Shown here: positions 47,280 through 59,652 of the stretch, in pieces
Layout: the number at the start of each line of letters is the position of its first letter
Position numbering within the stretch: the first letter of the stretch is position 1
The notes under the pieces: model-generated
What the model was told of the DNA's origin: nothing
What the model saw: the letters and a program-made list of their open reading frames with translations, nothing else
Database searches by the model: none
Program-made: the position numbers and the translations under genes
From: Elsinoe ampelina
Lineage: Eukaryota
Direction of reading: 5' to 3'
Length of the DNA stretch: 64,000 nucleotides
NCBI GenBank assembly: GCA_010093995.1
Contig: ML992503.1
Coordinates: 1,987,328 to 2,051,327 of the forward strand

Positions 47280-49344
47280 ATGTCTGCGCAACAAAGCGTC
47301 CAGCGACCTGGGATGGGACTGGACATCGATCACTACCAGAAGCATCCTCGCGATCTGGAAGAGGGTGGGCCTCATGCGGTTTTCAACCACGGATGGTCGA
47401 ACCCTTGTGTGCTACTGCGGGAGAAACGATTGGTCGAAGCCATTGATCAATTGAGTGCAAGTGGAGAGAATGTAGTGCAGTTTGGCGCCCAGACTGACAT
47501 CCCTAGGATAAGCCAGACTGGAGACGCAAGGTGTTCGATGAGGAGATCACATCGAAATGGAGGCGTGAGGTGGTGAGCAACGCTGAGCCGGGATTCTCGG
47601 ACGCCATGTTCGACTTTGTGAGTGATAGACGACAGACTCCTTGCACTGTTTCTGGTCTGACTATTGATAGTGTCTCGCCGAGCTCCAGGACAAGGCAAAG
47701 CAGAATGAAGACACAGGTATCGCCACCACGTACGAGACCGGGCCAGTCGTCGCAAAATCAGACTCCATTGTGCCAGAGGACGACCGTAAGCTACTGGTGG
47801 ATGCGGTTGCCAGATTACTCGAGGATGTGCCAGACCGGCACAAAGACTGGCACCCCGGCTACAATGACCAAGTGCTGGATTTGGTACACCCGTCTCTCTT
47901 CCCATTGGTGTATGGGAGAACCAGAGTGCTCACGAACGAGACCATCGGAGTAGAGGATGCTCTCCAACACATCGGACACGGAGTGGTGGCCAGTCTTCCG
48001 CCCAATGACTCGACCGACAGCGACGAAGTCTTCTACAATCGCCGATTCGGCAGTCTATGGTCTTATCAGTTTCAATGGCTGCCCTCGGAAGTGTCTTTTA
48101 CAGATAATGGGGTCAAGCTTGACAGCTACATCAACAATTTGCATCCTCAGCATCACCGAGCATTGTATCCGATCATTGAGAAGATGCTGGGATTCGCAAT
48201 TCCACTTTGGGATGCGGTCTTTGCTCGGGTGAAGCAGGACGAAACGGTGCTGCGATTTGAAGATCGAAAAGCAGAATATGAGTATTTCGAAGGTACTGGT
48301 TTCGACGAATGGAGTGCTCGGAGACGTGCTGAGCGTAGAGCAAGGGCTACTGATACTGCAGACAATGTCAATGAAGAAGACGACCCGGAAGCAGGAATAT
48401 CGACAGACAGTCCGGTCGAGCTTGACTCGGAGGAGGAACAGGATGAAGAAGACGAATTCAATGATTTTGTGTTCGACTCTGATCACGAAACAGAATGGCC
48501 ACGTCGCAGGAGAAGGCTCATACCACCCGAGCCAATGCCATACGACCTGTTCAAAGCCCGCCTGCCAGAACGTCACCATCCACTGCTCAAAGAAGCATAC
48601 GGACAGGAAGGACTTCAAGTCATCGTCAAGCTCGCCAACATACATCTCACGCCGGAGAAACCCAACTACACCGGCGGATCATGGCACATCGAAGGCATGC
48701 TCAACGAAATGATCTGCGCAACAGCGCTCTACTATTACGACTGCAAAAACGTCACAGACAGCTACCTCGCCTTCCGGCAAACCGTCGACTGCGAAGAAAT
48801 GGAAATGAACGCCCACGGACAAGTGAGCCCAACCCCCACCATTGGCCCCCACCCCCTTACCACCACTAACCTCCCGCCGCAGGACGACTACTCCGGCCTC
48901 GAAACCCTCTTCGGCATCGAGCAAAACGGCCGCGGCGTGCAAGACGTCGGCCGCACCCTGACGCGCCAAGGCCGCCTCCTCGCCTTCCCCAACATGGTGC
49001 AGCACCAGGTATGCCCCTTCTCGCTCGCGGACAAGACCCGTCCAGGCCACAGGAAGATCCTGGCCTTCTTCCTCGTCAATCCGAAAGCGCGCGTGCTGTC
49101 GACGGCCAATGTGCCGCCGCAGAGGAAGGACTGGTGGGAGGAAGAGCTGCGCAAGACGGGCGGTTTGGATCGTGTGCCGGAGGAGTTGCGGAGGCGTATC
49201 GTGGAGGAGGTGGATGATTTTCCGTATGGGGTGGAGGAGGCAAAGAGGATTAGGGAGAGGTTGATGGAGGAGAGGAAGTCGTATAATGTTTACGCGGATG
49301 AGCAGGTTATTTGTGAGAGGGAGTTTTTCTTTTGTGAGCACTGA
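47280..49344 (+). CDS. DUF4246 family protein (predicted 2OG-Fe(II) oxygenase-like fold)
   Basis: Exons 47280-47456, 47507-47617, 47671-48822 and 48883-49344 (first intron GC-AG). Motifs DKPDW..KVFD, KDWHPG..QVLDLVHPSLFPLVYGRT, FQWLP, SYINNLHP, QVIVKLANIHLTPEKP..GGSWHIEG, HQV and PGHRKILAFFLV. Confidence 0.85.
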
Positions 49345-49483
49345 GGAGGAGGGGAGTGGAGGGGCGTGCTTGTATCATAGGGGTACATAAACTAGAGTAT
49401 GTCTTTGAAGATGAGCGTATATGGCAGACATGGACGCTGGCTACTCCAAGGTGGTGAACATTGTATGGGGTGGACTGCGCGGC

Positions 49484-50617
49484 TCATTTGGTCGGCTCTT
49501 TGACGGCTTCAAGATACCTTGTAATGTACTCGATTTCTCCGGTGATAGGATTCATGACCGTAGCGTAGTGAGTCGTCTCATTCGTGGTAGGCCAGTCATT
49601 GACCCAGGTGACCAGCTGGCGACTTGTTGCGTATGGTTGGATATCAGTGCGCCCAGCTTTCTGATGCGTGGCGGCAACCTTGTTCCACTTGCCTTCTATG
49701 CACTGGAGTCTGTCTTGTGAGTCCTCAATTAGATCTTGCATTCCGAGCAAGGGAAGCTTGGAGAGGTCTATGTCTTGGTTGCCTTTTGTGGTGACGTCGT
49801 GGTTGGTGATTGTCACGAATGAGGTGGACGAGTTGACTGTAGCCGTGAGGTGATCCTTTTCAAATACGACTGCTCGTTGGCCGTCGCTAAAGGTCAAGTA
49901 AGCTGCTGTTGAAGGGGTAGATGGGAGTGTACTCTCGAGGTCGTCAAGTGTCGGAATCTTGCCGGAAGGCAGAAGGAAAGACCGCAAGGATGAAGCGATT
50001 GAAGGTCGGAGTCCTAAGAGTACTGCAAGACGGTGAAGGTTGAAACGGATGTTGGATGGTAGGGAGTGGCTGTCGTTGTGGTAAGGTCTAAAGTTGAGAG
50101 ACATGCTCAGACCTTTCCTCAATCCAGTCAAAGTGCCTACAAACCCAGCATAGGTGATCGAGCGAGCAATGACTGCGCCGTGTGGCTTATTGACGAATTC
50201 GAGCTGCACAACCACCTTCCGCAGGGGATCCATCTCCCAGTCGAGTGTGCGGAAGTGCAGCATTTGCGTGTCTGGGCTCTTGCTGTCCATGCGAACTCGA
50301 GCGGCACCGCTAGTGCAACCCATCAGAAGGTCTAGCAACGTGTTGAAGCATACCAAAAGGTACATGTCTACACCACTGGCTTTGCTAATACCCCGAATCT
50401 CTTCGGTCTGCTCTTTGTCATGCAATCTACGCAGTAGCAAGCGGGCCAGTCGGGTAGTGAGACCGAGTGGAAGACCCATCTGTCTGACAATTTCTTCGAA
50501 GAGTGGTGTCAAGTGACATATTTCGTGGCGAAAGTCCTCGATTACCTCGTTGTATCGCTCGAATGGCGGTCGAGACAGATCAATTGTGTAGACCGGTACG
50601 GTGGAAGATGGAGCCAT
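49484..50617 (-). CDS. acid ceramidase / NAAA-like Ntn-hydrolase
   Basis: 377 aa. YTIDLSRPPFERY, EEIRGISKA, autocleavage site MG|CTSG, HFRTLDW, GFVGTLTG and ITNHD. Confidence 0.85.
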   Translation of the reverse strand: MAPSSTVPVYTIDLSRPPFERYNEVIEDFRHEICHLTPLFEEIVRQMGLPLGLTTRLARLLLRRLHDKEQTEEIRGISKASGVDMYLLVCFNTLLDLLMGCTSGAARVRMDSKSPDTQMLHFRTLDWEMDPLRKVVVQLEFVNKPHGAVIARSITYAGFVGTLTGLRKGLSMSLNFRPYHNDSHSLPSNIRFNLHRLAVLLGLRPSIASSLRSFLLPSGKIPTLDDLESTLPSTPSTAAYLTFSDGQRAVVFEKDHLTATVNSSTSFVTITNHDVTTKGNQDIDLSKLPLLGMQDLIEDSQDRLQCIEGKWNKVAATHQKAGRTDIQPYATSRQLVTWVNDWPTTNETTHYATVMNPITGEIEYITRYLEAVKEPTK

Positions 50618-51145
50618 GGTCGATCCGGCAAAGGATCCGGTATGTCACGAAGACCTCAGCACGTCCACTGTTAGGGCGCTATGCTCGCATGATCACTCCG
50701 AAGAGCCGACCATGACAACAATGAGCTTCAGGTGCAGCTTGAGCAGAGAGCGTCGTCAATTTTCCGTCAAGCTTTTCCAGAACGTGGAATTGACTCAGTT
50801 GGGCTCGCGTGGTCGTACCTGGGTATCTAGCGTGTGGTCCTCGCCACCTCCCTATGCCGTGCGCAAGGAGATCTCCGGGCTGGTGGCGGAGGAGAAATTA
50901 ATGCCAAGGAACGGAAGAGCCAGTTTAGTCTTCCGACATCGGCCGCGAAAGTCGTTGGTGAGTGAATTTACTCACATTTTGCACGTCGAGAGCGCGTTCA
51001 GGCCGCCATCAGGCCAAGCGACGACCCATCCAGACCCGTAACAGGCAGGAGTAGTGTCTCAAACTGGCTCCATGTAGCGCGACTTTCCTCTTTGCCAAGC
51101 GTGCCAACATGCTGCTCCGGGTCCCTGATTGATTAGATTAGACTG

Positions 51146-51154
51146 ATCTGATAA
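51146..51154 (+). promoter_or_regulatory. SreA-type iron-repression GATA element (ATCTGATAA)
   Basis: Exact match to ATCWGATAA about 500 bp upstream of a siderophore transporter, preceded by tandem GATT repeats. TATAAA at 51550-51555. Confidence 0.7.
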
Positions 51155-51649
51155 ATTTGCACCTCAAGTGGAGATTAAGCTTTTGATGCTAGCAATCTAG
51201 GGGTCCTGTCGCATTGGAAATGATCAAACAATACCGGAATCATCTCTCGCATTTACTTTGCATGACAATATCGCCGGGGGACATACAAATTGGGATTCCT
51301 GCTACAGGATCGATGGCGAAGTCTTAAGAGTGAGGCATTGCCATCCAGTACGATGGAAGGCCGACAGAAGTTCGCGGGTGGCCATTTGGATCGTCCACAC
51401 CGCTCGGCTCGGTCTATCACTGACGATCTGTATGATCCTGTGGTCTTGGTAACGGGCAGCCACATGCTTGACCAGAAAACTCGGTCCAGTACCATTGAAA
51501 TGTCAGAACCCAACTCGAAGTATGCGCCATTTCGTTGGGCCTTGTCGTGTATAAAGAGATCTTTGGGTCCTCATCTGATCTTCAATCAAACATTCATCAC
51601 TACTTCCGTACCTCTGCTACGTACGTCTTGCGAGTGAAAAGTCATTGTC

Positions 51650-53482
51650 ATGTGGGACCTCAAAGCTAGACTCTGGGATAGCGGTGCCTATGAGGATGAC
51701 GACTCACACACAACTGAGCAGGTCTCTACTCCTGTTGGTAACGAAAAGACATCTGCAGCAGCAGGGTCGAGAGATTTGAGCGACAGCGAAAGCTTCGACA
51801 GCGAGCTCCAGGATGGTGTCAAGGAGATCGAGGCCTTGACTTCGGCATGGGATAAGAAGTCCTTGATGATTGCTTTCCTCTTGTAAGTCTCCGGAGGTCC
51901 CAACATGGCAAGGATACTAACTTGCGCCAGTGTCTACATCATCTACGTTGTCGACTCGCTTCAACAACAGATGGCTACAGTCTTCACTCCATACGTCACA
52001 AGCTCCTTTTCCTTGCACTCCCTCACAGCGACCACGGGCATCCTCTCGAACTTGATCGGAGGTCTAGCTCGACTTCCTCTCGCCAAAATCCTGGATGTCT
52101 GGGGCCGGCGAGAGGGCTTCGCAACTATGGTTTTCTGCCTCACCATTGGACTGATCATGATGGCTGCCACGAACAGCGTCGAGATGTACTGCGCAGCTCA
52201 GATCTTCTATTGGGTCGGCTACACTGGCATCACCTATTGCCTGGCTGTCTTTGTCAGCGATGTCACTTCTCTGAAGAATCGTGGACTGGTGTTTGGTATC
52301 ACTTCCACACCATACATCTTCACTACTTGGGCGGGTGGTCCTGCAGCCAACAATTTCGTCACCGGTCCCGGATGGCGATGGGGCTTCGGCACTTTTGCCA
52401 TTGTTACTCCCATCATGTGTCTGCCAATCTTCTGGGTCTTCTGGCTGAACAAGAAGAAGGCAAAGAGCATGGGTATCCTCAAGGAGAGACCAAAGTCCGG
52501 CCGCACAACTTTGCAGTCCATCAAGCATTACTTCATCGAGCTTGATATCCTCGGTCTGGTCCTGATTTGTAGTGGACTCGCTCTGTTCTTGCTGCCATTC
52601 AGCTTGTACACCTACCAGACTCAGCAGTGGCGTTCGCCCATGATCATCTGTATGTTGGTCTTTGGTATCATCCTGCTAGTTGTCTTCGGACTTTACGAAA
52701 AGTTCCTTGCGCCCAAGAGCTTCCTTCCAATCGACCTTCTCTTCGATCGCACCGTCTTCGGCTCTTGCGTCTACGGTGCCCTGGCTTTCGTCAGCTTCTA
52801 CATCTGGAATAGCTACTTCTACTCCTTCTTGATCGTCGTCAATGGAGAGTCCATCACAAACGCCAGCTACATCAGGAACATCTACAGTATCGGATCTTGC
52901 TTCTGGGCCGTGATCGTTGGTCTATTGATCAAAGTGACTGGCCGATTCAAGGCGCTCGCCCTCTTCGTGGGCGTTCCGCTCAGCGTGCTGGGTGTCGCTC
53001 TCATGGTCGCATTCCGTCGTCCAGACGTGAATATCGGCTACATCGTAATGTGCCAGATCTTCATAGCGTTCGGCGGTGGAACTACTGTCATCTGTCAACA
53101 AATTGCGATCATGGCGGCCACGACGCATCAGAACATCGCCGTAGCTTTGGCAATCCAGTATGCTTTCGCCAGTGTCGGTGGCGCTATCGGCTCTAGCATC
53201 TCTGCCGCAGTGTGGACCGGCGTCTTTCCCCAGCGACTACAGACCTACCTGCCTCCGGAAAGCCAGGGTAATTTTACTCAGATCTACGGTGACATGACTG
53301 TCCAGTCGTCGTATGCTATCGGCAGTCCAACCAGAGACGCCATCAGCAGAGCGTATGGCGATGCCCAGCACTACATGCTCATAGCTGCCTCCTGCTTTTT
53401 GGCTTTTGGCTGGTTCTTTGTGCTGATCTGGAAGGACATTGGCGTCAAGAGGAACAAGCAAGTCAAAGGACTGGTCGTCTAG
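51650..53482 (+). CDS. siderophore-iron transporter (MFS SIT/ARN family, MirB-like)
   Basis: Exons 51650-51882 and 51931-53482. Motifs GVKEIEA..W, PYVTSSFSLHSL, AKILDVWGR, DVTSLKNRG, WRWGFGTFAI, GGAIGSSISAAVW and YAIGSPTRDAI. Confidence 0.9.
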
Positions 53483-54187
53483 CCCCCGGATGTTTTCGTC
53501 GTTCCGACTCATCGTGAACAGTAGCAATATGCATATCAATGTACGGATTACTCAGCGGAGAATAGGAGCGAACCAGAACAAATGCCTTCTGAGCCCCAAC
53601 AGCTTCGGCGTTCCCGGGGCCGTGCCCGCCCTCCTCGAAGTTTGCCCTGCCCCCGAATCTCCACCACATCCTCAACAGCTTCTTTTCAAAAGACCGCCTT
53701 CAAGGCGGAGACATCGCTGTTGCTGAAGGGCCGACTGCCCGACAGCAGACTCAAGTCTTCCCATTGGCATGCGCTCTTCTTGCTCTTCTGCAGCATGGGC
53801 TTCTCAGCAGTGTCGATTAGACTTGTATCGTTACGGACAACTCCGCAAATCACAAGCCCTAATCCAGGTTTGCCCTCAATACATTATGAATGAAACTCTG
53901 GAACTTTCATGCCCAGATTCTCCAATCCCTTCATCTTAACGTCATTATTCTCAAAGCACATGTCTCAGATCCCTGGTCCCCGTTGTTTACGCTTCAGGAC
54001 GTTGCCAAGTCTATCCTCGACGTTGAGATATCCATTGGTCTCGCCCTGAGCGTCGTCACGGTTCGTGTTTTACAGCTGCGTCCTTTTCTTCAAGTTCGCC
54101 TCAATTTTTGACTTGGTAGTCAGGCCTCCATGTACGCCATTGCCGGACGCTGGCTGGCGACGCAGCGACACATCTCTGGTAGAGGCC

Positions 54188-56429
54188 ATGCTGCAGCTAT
54201 GGACGACATGTCTCGCCCTGGTGTCAGTGGTTGGCTGCTCCATTCGTGAGTCGGCGGGTGATTCAATACTTGACAATAGGGGTTGTTGACTGACTATCAC
54301 TAGTGCCTGACATGATGGGAAATCTATCAAGAACGTATAGTCCGCCTCCGCTCGGTACGGGCATGCGACGATTCCCCAAAACAGGTTCAGGAAATGATTA
54401 CGCGAGCTCATGCCAGTCCCTGCAGCACTCATACACACTAGCGAGCAGTTCTTGGAACAAGGCTCATGCCTGGGTGACTAAACAAACGGATTACTTCGGT
54501 GGACAATCATGGTCTGTCGTCACGGATTACCTCGGGGCAACCACACTGTGTGACGGCCATCCTCGTGTGCCAAAGTGGCCTGCAACACCTATCAGGACTC
54601 GCACCACTACGTTCAATGCTGGCCAGGGGCCTACATCTACCTCGATTGAACGACAGACGTATGGCTGGGACTTTCCAGATCCCGTACCAACATGTAGCAT
54701 CAAGCCGAAAGACTGCGATCCTCTTTGGGCGGCGTATAGCACTTCTCTCTCATCGTACCTGGTGATGAATGCCACCAGGACTGTCAAGCCAGGCTCCGAG
54801 ATCACCCCTCCGCCATTGACTCCTCCATGTATGAATCGGACCGAGGCATCCTCTTGGTACGAGCTCACCAAATCAATGTACGGATGTGGTGACTGCACCA
54901 TTTTCGGACACGATGTTCGATTGCTCTTCTTTCCAGTGCCGACCACTGTATCACGGGATATGTGCGCCAGTACGCCGATAGCACAGATGACGTACTTCTC
55001 CATCAACGACGATGCTCTAGATGTCTACGCAGGCAAATCGTACGGTCAAAGACCAGCACCCCCCGGAGCCGTGCTTGCTACTGTTGATCATCACACCCTA
55101 ACCTCTGGCACAGCCTACATCTCGATTGGAAAAGTCTATGCCCAAGACAGGTGTTCGAGAGATGTCGGCACGACTGTGAAGGATGTCATCATTGCAATGC
55201 ACTCGGAGTCCATCCTCAGCCTGCGCTATGCCCAAGGCCATTTCCAGTACTTTGGGAGCTCATCAACCCAAACTGGTTATCCAATGTCATATGCCGACTT
55301 CAACCACCCCATTCCCTGGTCGGCATGGAACGGTATGGCTTGGTGTCGGTATCCGAACTGGGGTGGCCGATGTGATGTGATCTACGAAGAGCAATATCGC
55401 CCACAGCTCGCGATCCCAGGCGCGATCCGTCAACTGAACTCTCGATGGTCCACTTGCCAGAATTGGTACGGTGGGCTGTATGACCCTCCGGTGACACTGC
55501 AGACCGAGCAGACATTTGCCGTTCCCACCTTCTCGGCGAGCGTCACTTCGGCCCACGTCTTGGCTACGACAACAGCGGAACCTGCTTCGACGGTGCAAAG
55601 TCAGCCTGCCTCCACTGGACATGCCGAGATATCAGAGTCGCCTGTTGTGGAACGACCAAGTGGTACCAGGCTGGTCGGTCCAGGAGCGACGAGTTCGCCC
55701 GTCGTGGCAGGGCCAAGTGGGACGCAATTAGTCGTCCCAGGAGCGACAGAGTCACCGGTAGTCCAGCAACCCGGTGGGCAAGCTCCTGGTATAGTCACTG
55801 ACCAAGCGGGCCTCGATATGCCTGGACCGGTCTTGACCTACCCCACTGTCACGGTGAACGGCAGGGTTTACTCAGTCACTCCCATCGACGACGGAGTCGT
55901 ACTGGGAACCCACACGCTCATCGCTGGAAGTCCCGCCATTGATCTAGGCGGGGGTATCACCGCAACCTTCGGACCTCAAGGATTAGTCGTTGGCGGAAGT
56001 GGGACGACTCCTGTCCCCAACGGAGCGCTGGTCACTGTCGGCAGCCAAACCTACTCAGTAGCGTTTGCGACTCACTCAGACGTGGCGAACATCGGGACTA
56101 TACCCATCAGTCTCAATGGCCCAGCCATCACCTTATCGAACGGCATGATCGCCAGTCTCGGACCCTCTGGACTTTACCTGGGTGGACAGACTACCTTCTC
56201 AGCTGTACTGTCGGCTGCTCACACACGGGATTCGACGGACGAATCTGGCGTCGTTTCTGGCTCTGGGACGAGCGTCAAGTCTCTGATCACGGGTACACCT
56301 CATTCCAACGCAGCAGGCGGGTCGCCGGACGCGCAGGCGACGAGTACGAGTGGCGCTGCGGAAAGGAAAGGCGATGGTATAACCCTGCTGCTGGCTCTGC
56401 TGGTGGTCTTGATTGGACTGGTCACTTGA
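54188..56429 (+). CDS. secreted, probably GPI-anchored cell-surface protein (Cys-rich N-domain, S/T/P/G-rich repeat stalk)
   Basis: Signal-peptide exon 54188-54245, intron 54246-54303 and exon 54304-56429. About ten Cys in the N-terminal half, internal repeats, and C-terminal TSGA followed by hydrophobic LLLALLVVLIGLVT. Confidence 0.75.
55635..55760 (+). repeat. imperfect 57-bp (19-aa) tandem coding repeat, about 2.3 copies
   Basis: ESPVVERPSGTRLVGPGAT / SSPVVAGPSGTQLVVPGAT / ESPVVQQPGG. The DNA units share CCAAGTGG and CCAGGAGCGAC. Confidence 0.7.
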
Positions 56430-57905
56430 AAGTAGCGACTGGGTTTCGATCGGATTAGACGAGAAGACAGCCCATCTCTTTCTTCGCCACAAGTTATGGG
56501 AGAACAGATTGAACGAGCAAGGGAGGATGGCGAGTCCAACAAGCGCAGACCAACATGTTCGGCCGGCACAGTGGTCAGGCCACATGTACAGGCCACAAGA
56601 GTTAAACGCACATCGCGTATCAGCACAGATGCTGATCCAGCTTGGACTGGAATGTAATATATACGATCTACGAATCACAACTGTACATTAACCACCTCTT
56701 TGCCCCCAAGTTTGCTTTGTCTGGGTCGTGAAATTGTGATCTGGGGTGATTGAGCGAGGGCCGGCGAGAGGGGATTTTCATTGTTGATGAAGAGGGTCGC
56801 GCCGCCGATGGACCCATAGGATGTTGTATTTTGTTTGGTGTTTCTATTCTCGACGAGCTCAGCGTATAGCCCGCCATCACCGGAGTAATTGATCTCCTGT
56901 CAGAAATGAAATGAGTGGCAAGAACTCGCGGGTTCAGAATCACGCACCTCGAACATGTTCAGGCGAGATGACCTAAGTCAAGACTCTGTGCTAGACCGAG
57001 CAGCCCAAACGATGCCAATGCGCTGATTGACCACATGTTGCGGGAACGAAATCACAAGTGGCTGAGCTGGTACGGGAAATGCTTAAAAAAGACCCACCTC
57101 AAGACCTGTCGCTGGCGATCACGATCACTATCAGCCGCTCGCCAGCCCATGAGTTGTATAAGAATCTGCTATACCATAGAAGCATCATGACGCCGTCCAG
57201 CCAAGCCATGAGAAGCAGAATGTCATGGAAGGAAGGGCATGGTATAGCAAATTGAGACGGCAAGATCTTTGCCCTCTGCAGGTATTGCGATGTCCATGGT
57301 GATGAAAAGAGGGGTATGGCCTCGAAATATGGAGGATGGAAGCGGGAGAGTGTCATGATGTCGTTGAGCAGTCGACAAAGATGCAGGTCGAATAGGACGA
57401 TCTCATCTCCGCTCACCCCACCGGAGATGCCCCCATGGTCGAGGAAGCGGGGTGCCGTGCGGGGGGGTATGTTCTTGTTGAGAAACGATCTTTGCATCTC
57501 TCATGAGCAAATGATTTTCGCGTTCGCGCAACATCAGTGGCAATGGCATCTTCAGCAGAGGTGAGCGGATCACGTGTGCTGTGGTTCCGAAAGCTCAAAC
57601 AGGCAGACCAGACATGGCAAAGTCATCAGAAACACTGCTTTTCTCCAGTACAGATTTTGGCATCTCGCCAGATGGTGCGATTACGATGCTCGCCCCTGCC
57701 CTGCTACGGTAAGAGTATCCACAAAGCTTGTCGCATCTTGGTAAAATCTTGTGCACATCAAAGTGTGACCAGCACTGGTTCTACTAAGACCCACAGTCAT
57801 CCACATCATGCAATGCCGGACTACCGCGTAACATGGCAATGTTTTCCGGTAAGCTTATTAGAATAATATCCTCCCTGTTCCAAGATTCCATTGTCACCAC
57901 CAGCT

Positions 57906-59438
57906 ATGCATTCACATCTATACACCTGGCTTCTTGCCTTGCCTCTAGTACTTTCAGCTCCGTCAGAGCAGCCTAGGAGACCTGAGCGCTGGCATGGAGG
58001 TCATCACCGCGGCCATAACATTGATCACAAGAACAAGACCATCAGGGCAGATGATTTCGTCACGGTCGACGGTCTTGGTCTAAGGGATGACTCTGGGATT
58101 GTCTACCTGACCGGACTCAATTACTGGTCATGCATGAACTTGGCTGCGGATGAATCCTCGGGAGGGAATTACTCCCGGCTCATCACCGAGCTTGATCAGA
58201 TGGCTGCTAAGGGTGTCAACCATCTTCGTTTGATGGCCTCCTCGGAGGGTGCACCCACACCTCAACCTTTCAGGATGAACCCACCACTAATGCAGTCCCC
58301 TGGACAGTACAATGAGGATATCTTTGTGGGTCTCGATCGTTGTCTTCACGAGATGTCGTTACGTGGGATGAGAGCAACCATGACCCTCGCGAATGAGTGG
58401 CAATGGAGTGGCGGCTTCGCCCAGTATGTCTCATGGGCAAACAACGATTCTGCCATCCCTTACCCATCGAGCTGGAATCTCAGCGCTCCGCCTCAACGTG
58501 ACCCCCCAAACACACGAGGTTGGGGAAATTACACGACTGAAGGTGTCGATGCAGCACCGTATGCCAACTTCACTGCTTACGCCAACCTTTTCTACACCAG
58601 CGAGCAGTGCCAGAAATGGTACCAGAACCACATCGACGCAGTATTGAACCGAATCAACACCATCAACGGTCGTCTTTACAAAGACGATGCTACCGTCATG
58701 ACATGGCAGCTTGCAAACGAGCCCCAGCCCGCCGTCGTACCTTCACAATATCTCGGACCGTACAGCCTGGAACTACCTCCCGCCCCAGAAGACGCCATCC
58801 TCCCATGGATCGAGAGCACTTCAGCCTACATCAAGTCGCGCGCACCTCACCAGCTAGTCAACGTCGGCTTCGAAGCAAAACAAGGCCAATGGTACTTCCA
58901 AGCCGTCCACAACTTCTCCACAGTCGACTACACCACTTCGCACTGCTGGGTCCAAAACTGGGGCGTGTACGACATGCTCAACTCCAGCGCCGCCAACCTC
59001 GAAGCCGCAAAAGACTTTGCCCGCGCGTTCATCGCCAACACTTCCGCCTGGACGCGAGAGATCGGCAAGCCCATCTTCCTGGAAGAATTCGGCATGGCCC
59101 GGGACAATTGGGAGAATGTAGGCGAGGAGTACCTGTACCTCTCTTCCGCGGGTACGTCGCATAAGGATGAGTATTTCGAGACGATCATCGGTGCTGCGCT
59201 GGATGACTTCCAAGCGGATGACGGTGCTTATGTCGGGACTTGTCCCTGGGCGTACGGAGGGGTCTACAGGCCGGAGACTGAGACGGTGAATGAATTTGGG
59301 GAGGTCTGGGCTGGTGATCCACCGCATGAGGCGCCGGGTTGGTATGATCTGTATGACACCGATGAGGCGATGGATATTGTTCAGCGGCAGCAGGTGGAGG
59401 CGGCTGCTTTCATCAATGGACAGTCTGCAAAGGAGTAG
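57906..59438 (+). CDS. secreted GH5 endo-beta-1,4-mannanase (GH5_7-like)
   Basis: Signal peptide MHSHLYTWLLALPLVLS. Motifs GLNYW, NEWQWSGGFAQY, NTINGRLYKDD, WQLANEP (acid/base), FLEEFG (nucleophile) and GDPPHE..GWY. Confidence 0.9.
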   Translation: MHSHLYTWLLALPLVLSAPSEQPRRPERWHGGHHRGHNIDHKNKTIRADDFVTVDGLGLRDDSGIVYLTGLNYWSCMNLAADESSGGNYSRLITELDQMAAKGVNHLRLMASSEGAPTPQPFRMNPPLMQSPGQYNEDIFVGLDRCLHEMSLRGMRATMTLANEWQWSGGFAQYVSWANNDSAIPYPSSWNLSAPPQRDPPNTRGWGNYTTEGVDAAPYANFTAYANLFYTSEQCQKWYQNHIDAVLNRINTINGRLYKDDATVMTWQLANEPQPAVVPSQYLGPYSLELPPAPEDAILPWIESTSAYIKSRAPHQLVNVGFEAKQGQWYFQAVHNFSTVDYTTSHCWVQNWGVYDMLNSSAANLEAAKDFARAFIANTSAWTREIGKPIFLEEFGMARDNWENVGEEYLYLSSAGTSHKDEYFETIIGAALDDFQADDGAYVGTCPWAYGGVYRPETETVNEFGEVWAGDPPHEAPGWYDLYDTDEAMDIVQRQQVEAAAFINGQSAKE

Positions 59439-59652
59439 CTCTAGAAATTGACTACAATTGAATGTACTACCAGGTTGCTGTCGTGTAAGAGAATACGGGT
59501 ACATATTGATGGGATGATGCCTACCAGGAGTCCTACATGCAGCATGAGACTGACTCTAGCGGGGACATACAAGGGAAAGAGTCCTATACAAGAAAATGGC
59601 ACAAGCGGGAGGACAAGAACAAAAGAAGGAACAACGATATACCATTGAAAAA

